Shown here piece after piece: positions 8,522 to 16,644 of a DNA stretch of 20,000 nucleotides. Source of the DNA: Isosphaeraceae bacterium (lineage in GTDB: Bacteria > Planctomycetota > Planctomycetia > Isosphaerales > Isosphaeraceae). The stretch spans positions 121,708 to 141,707 of the forward strand of contig CBDAVP010000001.1 of NCBI GenBank assembly GCA_965201075.1, written 5' to 3'. The notes under the pieces were generated by a model. The model did not search any database. It was not told the DNA's origin and saw only the letters and a program-made list of their open reading frames with translations. Numbering within the stretch: position 1 is the first letter of the stretch; every line of letters starts with the position of its first letter. The translations under genes were made by a program, and so were the position numbers.

Positions 8522-10945
8522 ATGGTCCATTTCCCTCGCCCGTCGGGAACGTTGTCCCTGGCCCTACTGGTCTTGCTGTTCTTCGCCCCGCTGCTGATCC
8601 ACCCCGGCCAGATCCTCGACTCCGTCGCCTCCGACCTGATCGGCCTGCACATTCCCCAGGCTCGGTTCCTGGTCGGCTCGTGGCGGGAGACCGGCGAGCT
8701 ACCCCGATGGTGCCCTCACCGGTTCGCCGGCTCGCCGTTCCTGCACGACATCCAGGTCGGGGCGTTCTACCCGCCCAACTGGGTGTTGTTCCTCAGCGAC
8801 GACGAGGCGATCGGCCCGACGATGAGTTGGTTGGTCGTCGCTCATGTCTACCTGGCGGGCGTCGGGATGCTGGCCTACGCCCGAACCCGCGGCCTGGGCC
8901 GGGGCGGGTCGTGGGTGGCGGCGCTGGGGTTCATGTTCGGCGGCAAATGGATGCTGCACATCCTGGGGGCGGGACACTACATGGCGATGGGACTGGCGTG
9001 GCTACCAATGGTCCTCCTGGTGACCGAGGCCGCCCTGCGCCAACGGTCCCCCATGCTGGCCACCTGGGCCGGCGCCCTTTTCGCCCTGCTCGCCTTGGGC
9101 ACCCATCCGCAATGGACCCTGTACTCGGCGCTTTTTCTGGCCGCGTGGACCCTGGGGGGAATGCCCCGGTGGGAAGGCGGGATTGGGACCGATCCCTCGC
9201 AAGCGTCCTCCGGAAACGTCCGGGCCGGTCTGGTCTGGATCGGTTTGGGAACACTCGGCGCCCTGGTCTCATTGGGAGTGCTCGCGGCGCAGGGCCTGCC
9301 GGCGCTGGAGGCCGCTGGCCAGGCGACTCGCGACGCCGAGGGGACCGCCGCCCTGGCCCCCGACCACCCGTTGATGACCCTGTTCAGCCTGGTCGGTCCG
9401 CCCACCGCCCTGCTGAAGAGTTTCGAGGACTGGGAATATCGCAGCGGGTTCGGCGTCCTGTGGGTCGCCGCGGCGCTGGCGGGGGCGTGGGGCGCTCGAG
9501 GCCGCGTGCGCTGGGAAGCGGGCGTGACGCTGGCAATGTTCGCCTTCGCCCTGGGAGGGTCTCGGCTGGTGAGCGACCTGCCCGGCTTCCGCCTGTTCGC
9601 CTTGCCCTCGCGGATGATCCTGCTGACGCTGCTGCCGGTCTCGCTCTTCGCCGGACGGGCCACCGACGCCCTGTTCGGCCCCGAAGCCCCCGCCGTGCTT
9701 CCCCAACATCGAGGAGTGCGGCGGTTGCTGGTCGCGGCGTTGCTCGCGGCGCTGGTTGGCTTCGGCGGCCTGGCCTGGCTCAATGGGGCTCGCTCGGTGA
9801 GGGGCCATCCGTACTGGGTCGCCCTGCTGATCCTGGTCCCGGCGGCGTGGTGGACCTTGAGCCACCCCGGGGCTCCGGGCTCGACCGCTCGACGACGCGC
9901 CTTGGGAATCTGGGGCGTCCTGCTGCTGCTGGACCTGTGGGCGATCGCCGGGCCCCACGTCCGGGTCCGCCCGGGGTCGGAGCTTTACGCGGTCCCCGAG
10001 TGCGTTCGTGCCCTGACTCCGCCGGGCCGCGTGCTGGACCGCCACCTTTCGGGACGCCCCACCCGCACGCCGGTTTCCCCGCCGTTGAGCCTGATCCGTC
10101 GGCTGGAGCCGATCCGCGGGTATAACCCGATGGACATTTATCGCTACCGCCTCTACCTGCGGCGGATCGCCGGCAAGGATGATGGCACCCCCGTCCCCGC
10201 CTATCGCCAGGTCCTGAACTTTCCGATCCGCAACCGCTCGCTGTTGAACCTGCTGGGCGTGCGCTACCTGGTCCAGCCGGCCGACCCCGAAGGCCAGCCG
10301 GTCGACCCGGTTCCCATCGCCGACGACCCCCGCTGGCGCAAGCTCCTGACCGACCCCCGTCCCGCCCCGTTCAACATCTTCGCGGGCAACCAGCCCCTGC
10401 CGCCCTACACCGTCTTCGAGAACCTCGACGTTTTCCCCCGCGCCTTTGTCGTTCCTCAAATCGCCCTGCCGCCGCCCCCTTCTCAGCTATTCCAGGCGAT
10501 GGCCGCCACCGACTTCCGCCACATCGCCTACTTCGACCCTCCACCCCCCGGTCCCGCCTCCGGATCGCCCCTGGGCACGTTCCGCCCGGCCACCATCACC
10601 GACGACCGGCCCAACCGAGTGACCGTGGTCGCCGAGACCACCACGCCCGGGGCCCTTGTCCTGGCCGACCCGTGGTTCCCCGGCTGGTCGGCGAGCCTCG
10701 ACGGCCACCCGGTCCCGCTCCACCGCGCCGACGACCTGTTCCGGGGCGTCGTCCTGCCCGCCGGCCGCCACACGATCACCTTCCGGTTCGATCCCCCCTC
10801 CTTCCTCATCGGACGAGTCATCAGTCTCGCCACCCTGGGAGCCGTCCTGCTCGGCACCGCCCTGGTCGTCGGCCGGTCCTCAAGTCATCCATTCGTCGCA
10901 TCCTCACGCCCGCACGTCCCGACTTTCGGATCGAGATCCGGCTGA
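8522..10945 (+). CDS. YfhO-family polytopic membrane protein (putative GT-C-type glycosyltransferase)
   Basis: GELPRWCPHRFAGSPF..FYPPN N-terminal motif, many transmembrane helices, FENLDVFPRAF and C-terminal LVLADPWFPGWSASLDG..RADDLFRGVVLPAGRHTITFRFDP. Start placed at ATG 8522 (uncertain). Confidence 0.82.
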   Translation: MVHFPRPSGTLSLALLVLLFFAPLLIHPGQILDSVASDLIGLHIPQARFLVGSWRETGELPRWCPHRFAGSPFLHDIQVGAFYPPNWVLFLSDDEAIGPTMSWLVVAHVYLAGVGMLAYARTRGLGRGGSWVAALGFMFGGKWMLHILGAGHYMAMGLAWLPMVLLVTEAALRQRSPMLATWAGALFALLALGTHPQWTLYSALFLAAWTLGGMPRWEGGIGTDPSQASSGNVRAGLVWIGLGTLGALVSLGVLAAQGLPALEAAGQATRDAEGTAALAPDHPLMTLFSLVGPPTALLKSFEDWEYRSGFGVLWVAAALAGAWGARGRVRWEAGVTLAMFAFALGGSRLVSDLPGFRLFALPSRMILLTLLPVSLFAGRATDALFGPEAPAVLPQHRGVRRLLVAALLAALVGFGGLAWLNGARSVRGHPYWVALLILVPAAWWTLSHPGAPGSTARRRALGIWGVLLLLDLWAIAGPHVRVRPGSELYAVPECVRALTPPGRVLDRHLSGRPTRTPVSPPLSLIRRLEPIRGYNPMDIYRYRLYLRRIAGKDDGTPVPAYRQVLNFPIRNRSLLNLLGVRYLVQPADPEGQPVDPVPIADDPRWRKLLTDPRPAPFNIFAGNQPLPPYTVFENLDVFPRAFVVPQIALPPPPSQLFQAMAATDFRHIAYFDPPPPGPASGSPLGTFRPATITDDRPNRVTVVAETTTPGALVLADPWFPGWSASLDGHPVPLHRADDLFRGVVLPAGRHTITFRFDPPSFLIGRVISLATLGAVLLGTALVVGRSSSHPFVASSRPHVPTFGSRSG

Positions 10946-11064
10946 AATCCTGCACTCTCCCCGCCGAGTACGCCCGTACGCGACGCTCCCTCCTCACTCG
11001 CCATCGACTCGATCCAACAAGGTCGGGCGGATCTCCCGAATCCGCAACATGATCGGACGCAGTC

Positions 11065-11191
11065 AATCTTCACTATTTGACAAAACATTGGGGCCCAAAA
11101 TACTTCACTAAACTGTCGAACATACGCAACAAACGCGTAATGAAAAAAACATAAGAACGGCCTTGACGCCGCGAAGATTCAAATGTTACAC
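11065..11191 (+). promoter_or_regulatory. Conserved AT-rich promoter/operator region of cassette 1
   Basis: AATCTTCACTA (11065), AATACTTCACTA (11099), TTGACG (11163), GCGAAGATT (11171) and TGTTACAC (11184) are all conserved in cassette 2. Confidence 0.55.
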
Positions 11192-11206
11192 AAAGAATCG
11201 CTTCTT

Positions 11207-11291
11207 CGTCGCAGCGCACTCTCCCGGCGCCTCGACGCGGCGTATGCCCGACCCCGGGCCGACGCCCCCACACCCCTGGGAGAGTCTCACA
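11207..11291 (+). ncRNA. Candidate structured 5' leader (anti-Shine-Dalgarno loop hairpin), copy 1
   Basis: CGTCG-CA-GCGC-[ACTCTCCCG]-GCGC-CT-CGACG; second hairpin GGCGT..GCCCG-ACCC-CGGGC..ACGCC; loop complementary to GGGAGAGT (11278-11285). Confidence 0.4.
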
Positions 11292-11531
11292 GTGCCTGCC
11301 CGCCCCCTCTCCTTCCGACCCATCGTCGCCCTGCTCGTTGGTCTGCTGGTGTCACCGCTGTGCGGCTGCGGCGATGACCCGCAACGGCTCGCTGGGTCAA
11401 TCCACATCCCCAAGGACTCGCCCCCGCGTCGCGCGAGAACTCTTCCCCCGAAGGTCCAGGCGAAGATGCTCAGGGCCCAGGGGCTGACGAACGAGCCGAC
11501 CCCGACGACGCCCCGGCCCGAGGCGCCGTGA
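11292..11531 (+). CDS. Small putative lipoprotein A, copy 1 (79 aa)
   Basis: GTG start after GGGAGAG; hydrophobic IVALLVGLLVSP followed by lipobox LCG-C; mature GDDPQRLAGSIH matches the paralog at 15204. Confidence 0.75.
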   Translation: MPARPLSFRPIVALLVGLLVSPLCGCGDDPQRLAGSIHIPKDSPPRRARTLPPKVQAKMLRAQGLTNEPTPTTPRPEAP

Positions 11532-11589
11532 CCCTTCCCATTGCTAGGCCCCGCCGTCCTCATCCCACCCCCACCCGGAGGTCACATCC

Positions 11590-12678
11590 ATGACCGTCCC
11601 CGACGGACCTCGCCTCCTGCCGCGACGCGGCTTCACGCTGATCGAGTTGCTGGTGGTGATCGCTATCATCGGTGTGCTCATCGGGCTGCTACTGCCGGCG
11701 GTCCAGGCGGCTCGCGAAGCCGCCCGTCGCGCCCAGTGCGTCAACAACATCAAGCAGCTCAGCTTGGCCGCCGCCAATTACGAGAGCGCCAACGGAAGCT
11801 ACCCCCCCGGCATGCTCTACACCGCCGGTTCTTACGGTGCCTCATGCTTCGTCCGCATGCTCCCCTTCATGGAGCAGTCGGCCATCTATAGTGGATACAA
11901 CTTCAGTACCACGGCCGCCAAGATCAATTACACGGCCGACTCGACGCTGATCTCGACGCTGCACTGCCCGAGCGACCCCACGGCCTTCACCAGCACCCCC
12001 TACAATCCCTTCTTGATCTACACGCTGCCCCCCACCATCCAGAACCCGATCCAGTACCACACTCATTACTGCGTCAATGAAGGACCGTACCTCACCATCG
12101 GGCAGAAATTCGATCAGTCTTACAAATTCGTCACCGACCCGGCGCAGGTCGCGGCGGCCCGCGGCCCGATCGCATGGTGCGCCGGTTTCCCGGTCGCCTC
12201 GGTCACCGATGGCACATCCAACACAATGATGTTCTCCGAGAACGGCCACGGCTTCCTTGATCCCGCGAATCAGAGCCGGAATCACCTATGGGATTCCGGC
12301 GGGCTCAATTGTTGGGATTTCGAAGCCCTCCTCCCTCCAAATTGGTTTCATCACTACAGCGACATCGCGAACGACCCCACCCGCGTTTCAGGCAGTTACT
12401 TGGCGCTTACCAACGCGATGAGCTTCCATCCCGGCGGCGCCAATGTCTCGATGTGCGACGGGTCGGTCCGCTTCATCCGCGACTCGATCGACAGCTGGAC
12501 GATCACCTCGCCCCAGTACAGCGGCCTCCCGGTGGGCTGTACCTACGCCCCCCCCTCGACCGAGCCGAACAACTACTCACAATACGGTCTCGTCCTGGGC
12601 ACCGGCAGCCGCATGGGCGTCTGGCAAAAGCTGGCCACCCGCGACGGCGGCGAGGTCGTCAGTGGCAGTGACTATTGA
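11590..12678 (+). CDS. DUF1559 prepilin-type N-terminal cleavage/methylation protein with H-X9-DG motif, copy 1
   Basis: [92 protein letters not shown]. Confidence 0.95.
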   Translation: MTVPDGPRLLPRRGFTLIELLVVIAIIGVLIGLLLPAVQAAREAARRAQCVNNIKQLSLAAANYESANGSYPPGMLYTAGSYGASCFVRMLPFMEQSAIYSGYNFSTTAAKINYTADSTLISTLHCPSDPTAFTSTPYNPFLIYTLPPTIQNPIQYHTHYCVNEGPYLTIGQKFDQSYKFVTDPAQVAAARGPIAWCAGFPVASVTDGTSNTMMFSENGHGFLDPANQSRNHLWDSGGLNCWDFEALLPPNWFHHYSDIANDPTRVSGSYLALTNAMSFHPGGANVSMCDGSVRFIRDSIDSWTITSPQYSGLPVGCTYAPPSTEPNNYSQYGLVLGTGSRMGVWQKLATRDGGEVVSGSDY

Positions 12679-12712
12679 GTCGGACTCCCACCACCCTCGA
12701 GAACGACCCGCC

Positions 12713-13828
12713 ATGCGACTCCTCCGCTTCGCCTCGCTGAGCCTGCTCATGGGCACCTTGACCGTCGCCGCGGGAGCCGACGACACCCCGGCCGACGCCT
12801 CGGCGAGTTTCGCGGCCCTGAAGGCCGAGTACCAGGCCGCCAATGCCAAGTTCCACGAGGACATGGAGGCCAAGATAGCCAACGCCAACCTCACCGTCGG
12901 GGATAATCCAGCCCCGGCCTTCGCGCCGCGATTCCTCCAATTCGCCAAAAACCACCCAGACGCCCCCGAAGCTATCCCCGCTCTGAACCTCGCGATGCAG
13001 ACCGGCAGGTCCTCGGACAAGGACGGTGGAGACGTCTGGGTCGGCGCCCTGCAACTCATCCGCGAGCGTTACGTTGTCGAGCCGGCCATCAAACAAATCT
13101 TCCGGAGGCTCTCGAGCGCCTACCAGGACCCCGCCTGTGAGGCCCTCCTACGCGAGATTCTCGCCAAAAACCCCGACCGCGTCACCCGAGTCGAAGCTGC
13201 TCAAGCCCTGGTGAAGCGCTTCGAACTCGCCTCCTGGATCACCGACGGGATCCGAGACAACCCCGACGCCCTCAAGGCCTACGAGCAGCGTGAGGGCAAG
13301 GCCAAGCTCGACGAGATGCTGGCCAAGGGAGACCGGGCCAAGGCCGAGGCCGCGAGCCTCAAGGACTCGTTCCGCGCCGACTACCCCGAGTTCTTCCCCA
13401 CCATCGCCATCGGCCAGCCCGCGCCCGAGGTCGTCCTGCATGACGTCAACGGAGGCGAAGTCCGCCTCTCGTCGATGAAGGGCAAAGTCGTCGTCCTCGA
13501 CATCTGGACGACCTGGTGCGGCCCGTGCAAGGCCATGATCCCCCACGAGCGAGAGATGGTCGAACGCCTCAAGGACAAGCCCTTTGCCCTGGTCAGCATC
13601 AGTTGCGACGTGGAGAAATCGGCCCTGGTCGAGTTCCTGGCCAAGGAGTCAATGCCCTGGACCCAGTGCTGGAATGGTGAGATCGGCGGAATCGCCTCGG
13701 ACTGGCGTGTCACGTATTACCCGACGGTCTACGTGATCGACGCCAACGGGGTCATCCGCCACAAGGATCTGCGCGGCGAGAAGCTGGAGAAGGCCATCAA
13801 GGAACTTCTTCCCCCGGCCCCCGGCTGA
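12713..13828 (+). CDS. Exported TlpA/ResA-like thiol-disulfide oxidoreductase with N-terminal helical domain, copy 1
   Basis: Signal peptide MRLLRFASLSLLMGTLTVAAGA; GQPAPE..LSSMKGKVVVLDIWTTWCGPC; YYPTVYVIDANGVIR. Start re-placed at ATG 12713. Confidence 0.92.
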   Translation: MRLLRFASLSLLMGTLTVAAGADDTPADASASFAALKAEYQAANAKFHEDMEAKIANANLTVGDNPAPAFAPRFLQFAKNHPDAPEAIPALNLAMQTGRSSDKDGGDVWVGALQLIRERYVVEPAIKQIFRRLSSAYQDPACEALLREILAKNPDRVTRVEAAQALVKRFELASWITDGIRDNPDALKAYEQREGKAKLDEMLAKGDRAKAEAASLKDSFRADYPEFFPTIAIGQPAPEVVLHDVNGGEVRLSSMKGKVVVLDIWTTWCGPCKAMIPHEREMVERLKDKPFALVSISCDVEKSALVEFLAKESMPWTQCWNGEIGGIASDWRVTYYPTVYVIDANGVIRHKDLRGEKLEKAIKELLPPAPG

Positions 13829-13842
13829 TCCACTGCAACGTC

Positions 13843-13940
13843 GAACTCTCCCAACCCGTCCCAGGGCTGTTTCCTTGCCGCTGCCAAGAAGGAAACAGCC
13901 CTGCTTGGCTCCGCTGAAACGGAACAGGGTCAGGGAGTTC
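13843..13940. repeat. Nested intergenic inverted repeat
   Basis: Perfect 15-bp stem CAGGGCTGTTTCCTT (13862-13876) / AAGGAAACAGCCCTG (13889-13903) inside an imperfect outer stem GAACTC..ACCC..GTCC / GGAACAGGGT..GAGTTC. Confidence 0.7.
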
Positions 13941-13987
13941 GCCGCCACCCCTCGCGGCGATCTCCGGGCGCCAAGGGAGAGCACTTC

Positions 13988-14256
13988 TTGCGTGCCCTAC
14001 CACCCTGATTCGTCCGAATCGCCTCGCCGACTGGCTCGCGATCCTGCTCCTTGTCGCCTCGCCGGGTTGCTCGGAGGAGTCCAAACCCGCGGGTTCCGCC
14101 GCCCCCGCGACCTTCACTCCGGCCGAACTGGACACCATGCGCAAGTCGGTCAAGATGGACAAGCAGTATCGCGAGTTGATCCGAGCCAAACCTACGGAAC
14201 GTCAAGGAGGCAGCATCGTCAAGCCGAAGACCGCCAAGAGCTCCCCGCCGAGCTAA
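13988..14256 (+). pseudogene. Small lipoprotein B, copy 1; start out of frame or non-canonical (not in the ORF track)
   Basis: Frame 14005-14256 reads LIRPNRLADWLAILLLVASPGC-SEESKPAGSAAPATFTPAELDTMRKSVKMDKQYRELIRAK..., paralogous to 17862-18131. The TTG at 13988 after GGGAGA is 1 nt out of frame. Confidence 0.65.
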
Positions 14257-14257
14257 C

Positions 14258-14863
14258 CCTTAAACAAGTGAGGTTTTGGCCCTGAATTCTTAGCGGGTCG
14301 CTCCTTCCAAGGGTAGGGACGGCGATCCTCGGGGCACTGTCGCCCCGTCTCTTCACGACCGGATCCCTGTCATCTTCACCTCGACGGTGTTGGCCAGGGA
14401 GACGATCAGGGGGTGATAACCCCAGGTGCCGTCGTAGGCGATGTCGACCACCTGATTGCAGCCGGCGCCGGTGGCGACGAGCGTGCCGTCGGCGGCAATC
14501 ACGGCCTCGTCGAAGCACTCGGGCGTCTGTTGCTTCCCGACCTTGAGGCGGGTCTGATCGAAGACATCCTGGAGGGCCTCGACATCGTCGGGGGTGAAGC
14601 GTCGGCAGAAGTCGCCGGCGGTGGTGGGGTCGGGGATCCGCTCGGCGCCGAGTGCTTCGAGGAAGACGATGTCATTGCGTCGCAGCTCGATGTCGCCGAG
14701 GCAGGTGCCGTTGCACAAGGTGTTGTAGGCGAAGTTAAGGACGTGATCACTCTCGTGGTACGGGATCTGTGTAGGTCGATCCAATGTGCCGGAAACACCG
14801 GGAAATTTCGAGGTTCCACTCACCTTTCGCCCGATTCAGGTCTGGGACCACGCTTGGTTAAGG
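14258..14863. mobile_element. IS1380-family internally deleted remnant bounded by imperfect 30-bp inverted repeats
   Basis: CCTTAAACAAGTGAGGTTTTGGCCCTGAAT (14258-14287) matches the reverse complement of 14834-14863, CCTTAACCAAGCGTGGTCCCAGACCTGAAT, at 22 of 30 positions; a transposase fragment lies inside. Confidence 0.75.
14375..14770 (-). pseudogene. IS1380-family (DDE) transposase fragment, about 130 aa
   Basis: PYHESDHVLNFAYN..C.GTCL.DIELRRND..FLEALGA.RIPDPTTAGDFCRRF..ADGTLV.TG..DIAYDGTWGYHPLIVSLANT; both the N-terminus and the C-terminal part are missing. Confidence 0.82.
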
Positions 14864-14979
14864 TTTGATCTCCCCGGAAGCGGTCGCACGGTCGGGGACG
14901 CCTCCATCTCGCCTCGGAGGGGCAACGAAGGGAACCGGTCGAGCCTATCTCCCGAGTCTGTAACGCCATCGGGCGTGGC

Positions 14980-15106
14980 GAATCTTCACTATTCGACTGA
15001 ACAATTCGACTTAAATACCTCACTATTCTGTCGAAGTTAGGTAACAAACGCGTGAGGAGAAAATCATAAGGCCGCCCTTGACTCGGTGAAGATTCGGTTG
15101 TTACAC
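14980..15106 (+). promoter_or_regulatory. Conserved promoter/operator region of cassette 2
   Basis: GAATCTTCACTA (14980), AATACCTCACTA (15014), TTGACT (15078), GTGAAGATTC (15086), TGTTACAC (15099). Confidence 0.55.
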
Positions 15107-15121
15107 CAGAACACGCTTCCC

Positions 15122-15203
15122 CGTCGCGGCACTCTCTCCCGGTGCCTCGACATGGCGTGAGGTCCGACCTCGAATAGACGCCCCCACCTTCAGGGAGACC
15201 GCG
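15122..15203 (+). ncRNA. Candidate structured 5' leader, copy 2
   Basis: GTCG-C-GGCAC-[TCTCTCCCG]-GTGCC-T-CGAC; second stem GGCGT..ACGCC; loop TCTCCC complementary to GGGAGA (15193-15198). Confidence 0.4.
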
Positions 15204-15437
15204 ATGGCGCCTGCCCGCTCCCCCCGCTCCCAGCCGATCGCCGCCTTCCTCGTCAGCCTGCTCGTGGTCCCGCTCTCCGGCTGCGGTGAGGATCCGCAAC
15301 GGCTCGCCGGGACGATCCACCTCAGCAAGAAGTTGCCCGGCGATCGCCTGAAAAACCTGCCACCGAAGGCCAAATCGAAGTTGCCCAAGTCCATGCAGCC
15401 GACAACCGATCCGGTCCCGCCCGCCCCCCGGCCCTAG
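15204..15437 (+). CDS. Small putative lipoprotein A, copy 2 (77 aa)
   Basis: ATG after [18 protein letters not shown] followed by lipobox [16 protein letters not shown]; Lys/Pro-rich tail. Confidence 0.8.
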   Translation: MAPARSPRSQPIAAFLVSLLVVPLSGCGEDPQRLAGTIHLSKKLPGDRLKNLPPKAKSKLPKSMQPTTDPVPPAPRP

Positions 15438-15507
15438 GCCTCCTGAACCTTCTCAGGTCCAGGTCGTCCCCATCCCACCTCCCATCTCCCGACCGGAGTC
15501 CTCATCC

Positions 15508-16605
15508 ATGACCGTTCCCGACGGATCTCGCCCCCCGCAGCGACATGGTTTCACGCTGATCGAGCTTCTGGTTGTCATCGCCATCATTGGAGTGCTGATC
15601 GGCCTGCTCCTGCCAGCCGTGCAGGCCGCCCGCGAGGCCGCCCGACGCGCCCAGTGCGTCAACAACCTCAAGCAGCTCGGCCTGGCCGCGGCCAACTACG
15701 AGAGCGCCAATGGCACTTATCCCCCCGGCATGCTCTACACCGCCGGCAGTTACGGCGCGTCGGTCTTCGTCCGCATGCTCCCCTTCATGGAGCAGTCGGC
15801 CCTCTACAGCGGGTACAATTTCAGCGTCCCCTCGTTCTCGCCGACCAGCTACACCACCGCCGCGACGCTGGTCTCGACCATGCACTGCCCCAGCGATCCC
15901 TCGGCCTTCACCGGTACCCCCTTCAACGACTACCTGACCTCGATCTACCGGCTGCCCTCCACGGTCCAGAACCCGATCCAGTACCACAACCACTACTGCG
16001 CCAATCAGGGGGCGGCCCGCGCCCTGGGGGCCCAGTACGACCCAGCGACGTTCGCCCTGATCGTCGATCCTCAGCAGGTTGCCGCGGCCCAGGGGCCAAT
16101 CGTTTGGTGTGCCGGGTTCTCGATCGCCTCGGTCATCGACGGCACCACCAACACGATGATGTTCTCGGAGAACGGCCACGGCTTCTTCGCCCCGGACGAC
16201 CAGCCCGACCAGCACCTCTGGGACTGCGGGCAGCCGGGCTGGGGGTTCGAGGCCCGCTTCCCCCCCAACTGGACCCAGCATTACCGGGACTTCGCCAACG
16301 ACCCCAATAACTACGGCCCCGACAACTGGGGGACCGGAGACGCGATGAGCTTCCATCCCGGGGGCGTGAACGTCGCGATGTGCGACGGCTCGGTCCGCTT
16401 CATTCGTAACTCAATTGACTCCTGGACGATCCCCGTTCCCCAGTACAGCGGCCTGCCGGTGGGCTGCACCAAGGCTCCCCGGTCGACCGCCCAATACAAC
16501 TACTCTGACTATGGCATCATCATGGGCCCCGGCAGCCGCATGGGCGTCTGGCAGAAGCTGGCCACCCGTAACGGTGGCGAGGTCGTCAGTGGCAGCGACT
16601 ATTGA
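15508..16605 (+). CDS. DUF1559 prepilin-type protein with H-X9-DG motif, copy 2
   Basis: G|FTLIELL..., [30 protein letters not shown]; colinear with 11590-12678. Confidence 0.95.
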   Translation: MTVPDGSRPPQRHGFTLIELLVVIAIIGVLIGLLLPAVQAAREAARRAQCVNNLKQLGLAAANYESANGTYPPGMLYTAGSYGASVFVRMLPFMEQSALYSGYNFSVPSFSPTSYTTAATLVSTMHCPSDPSAFTGTPFNDYLTSIYRLPSTVQNPIQYHNHYCANQGAARALGAQYDPATFALIVDPQQVAAAQGPIVWCAGFSIASVIDGTTNTMMFSENGHGFFAPDDQPDQHLWDCGQPGWGFEARFPPNWTQHYRDFANDPNNYGPDNWGTGDAMSFHPGGVNVAMCDGSVRFIRNSIDSWTIPVPQYSGLPVGCTKAPRSTAQYNYSDYGIIMGPGSRMGVWQKLATRNGGEVVSGSDY

Positions 16606-16644
16606 GTTGAGTTGAACCCCCACCACCCCAGAGACCGCCCCGCC

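Noticed and set aside
11223..11233. CCCGGCGCCTC matches the tRNA-Cys 3' end (5294-5304), suggesting an att site
   Set aside because: Only 11 GC-rich bases, no integrase in the window, and the paralogous leader has a substitution at this site; likely chance.
12443..12712. Upstream-extended starts in the ORF track (12443, also 1946, 8453, 11163, 16612, 17448, 18067)
   Set aside because: They overlap other genes or leader regions, or lack an RBS; paralog alignment, RBS and signal-peptide position support the shorter starts.
13875..14285. 136-aa plus-strand ORF after TlpA copy 1
   Set aside because: Wrong frame; the homology to lipoprotein B lies in the frame ending at TAA 14254-14256.
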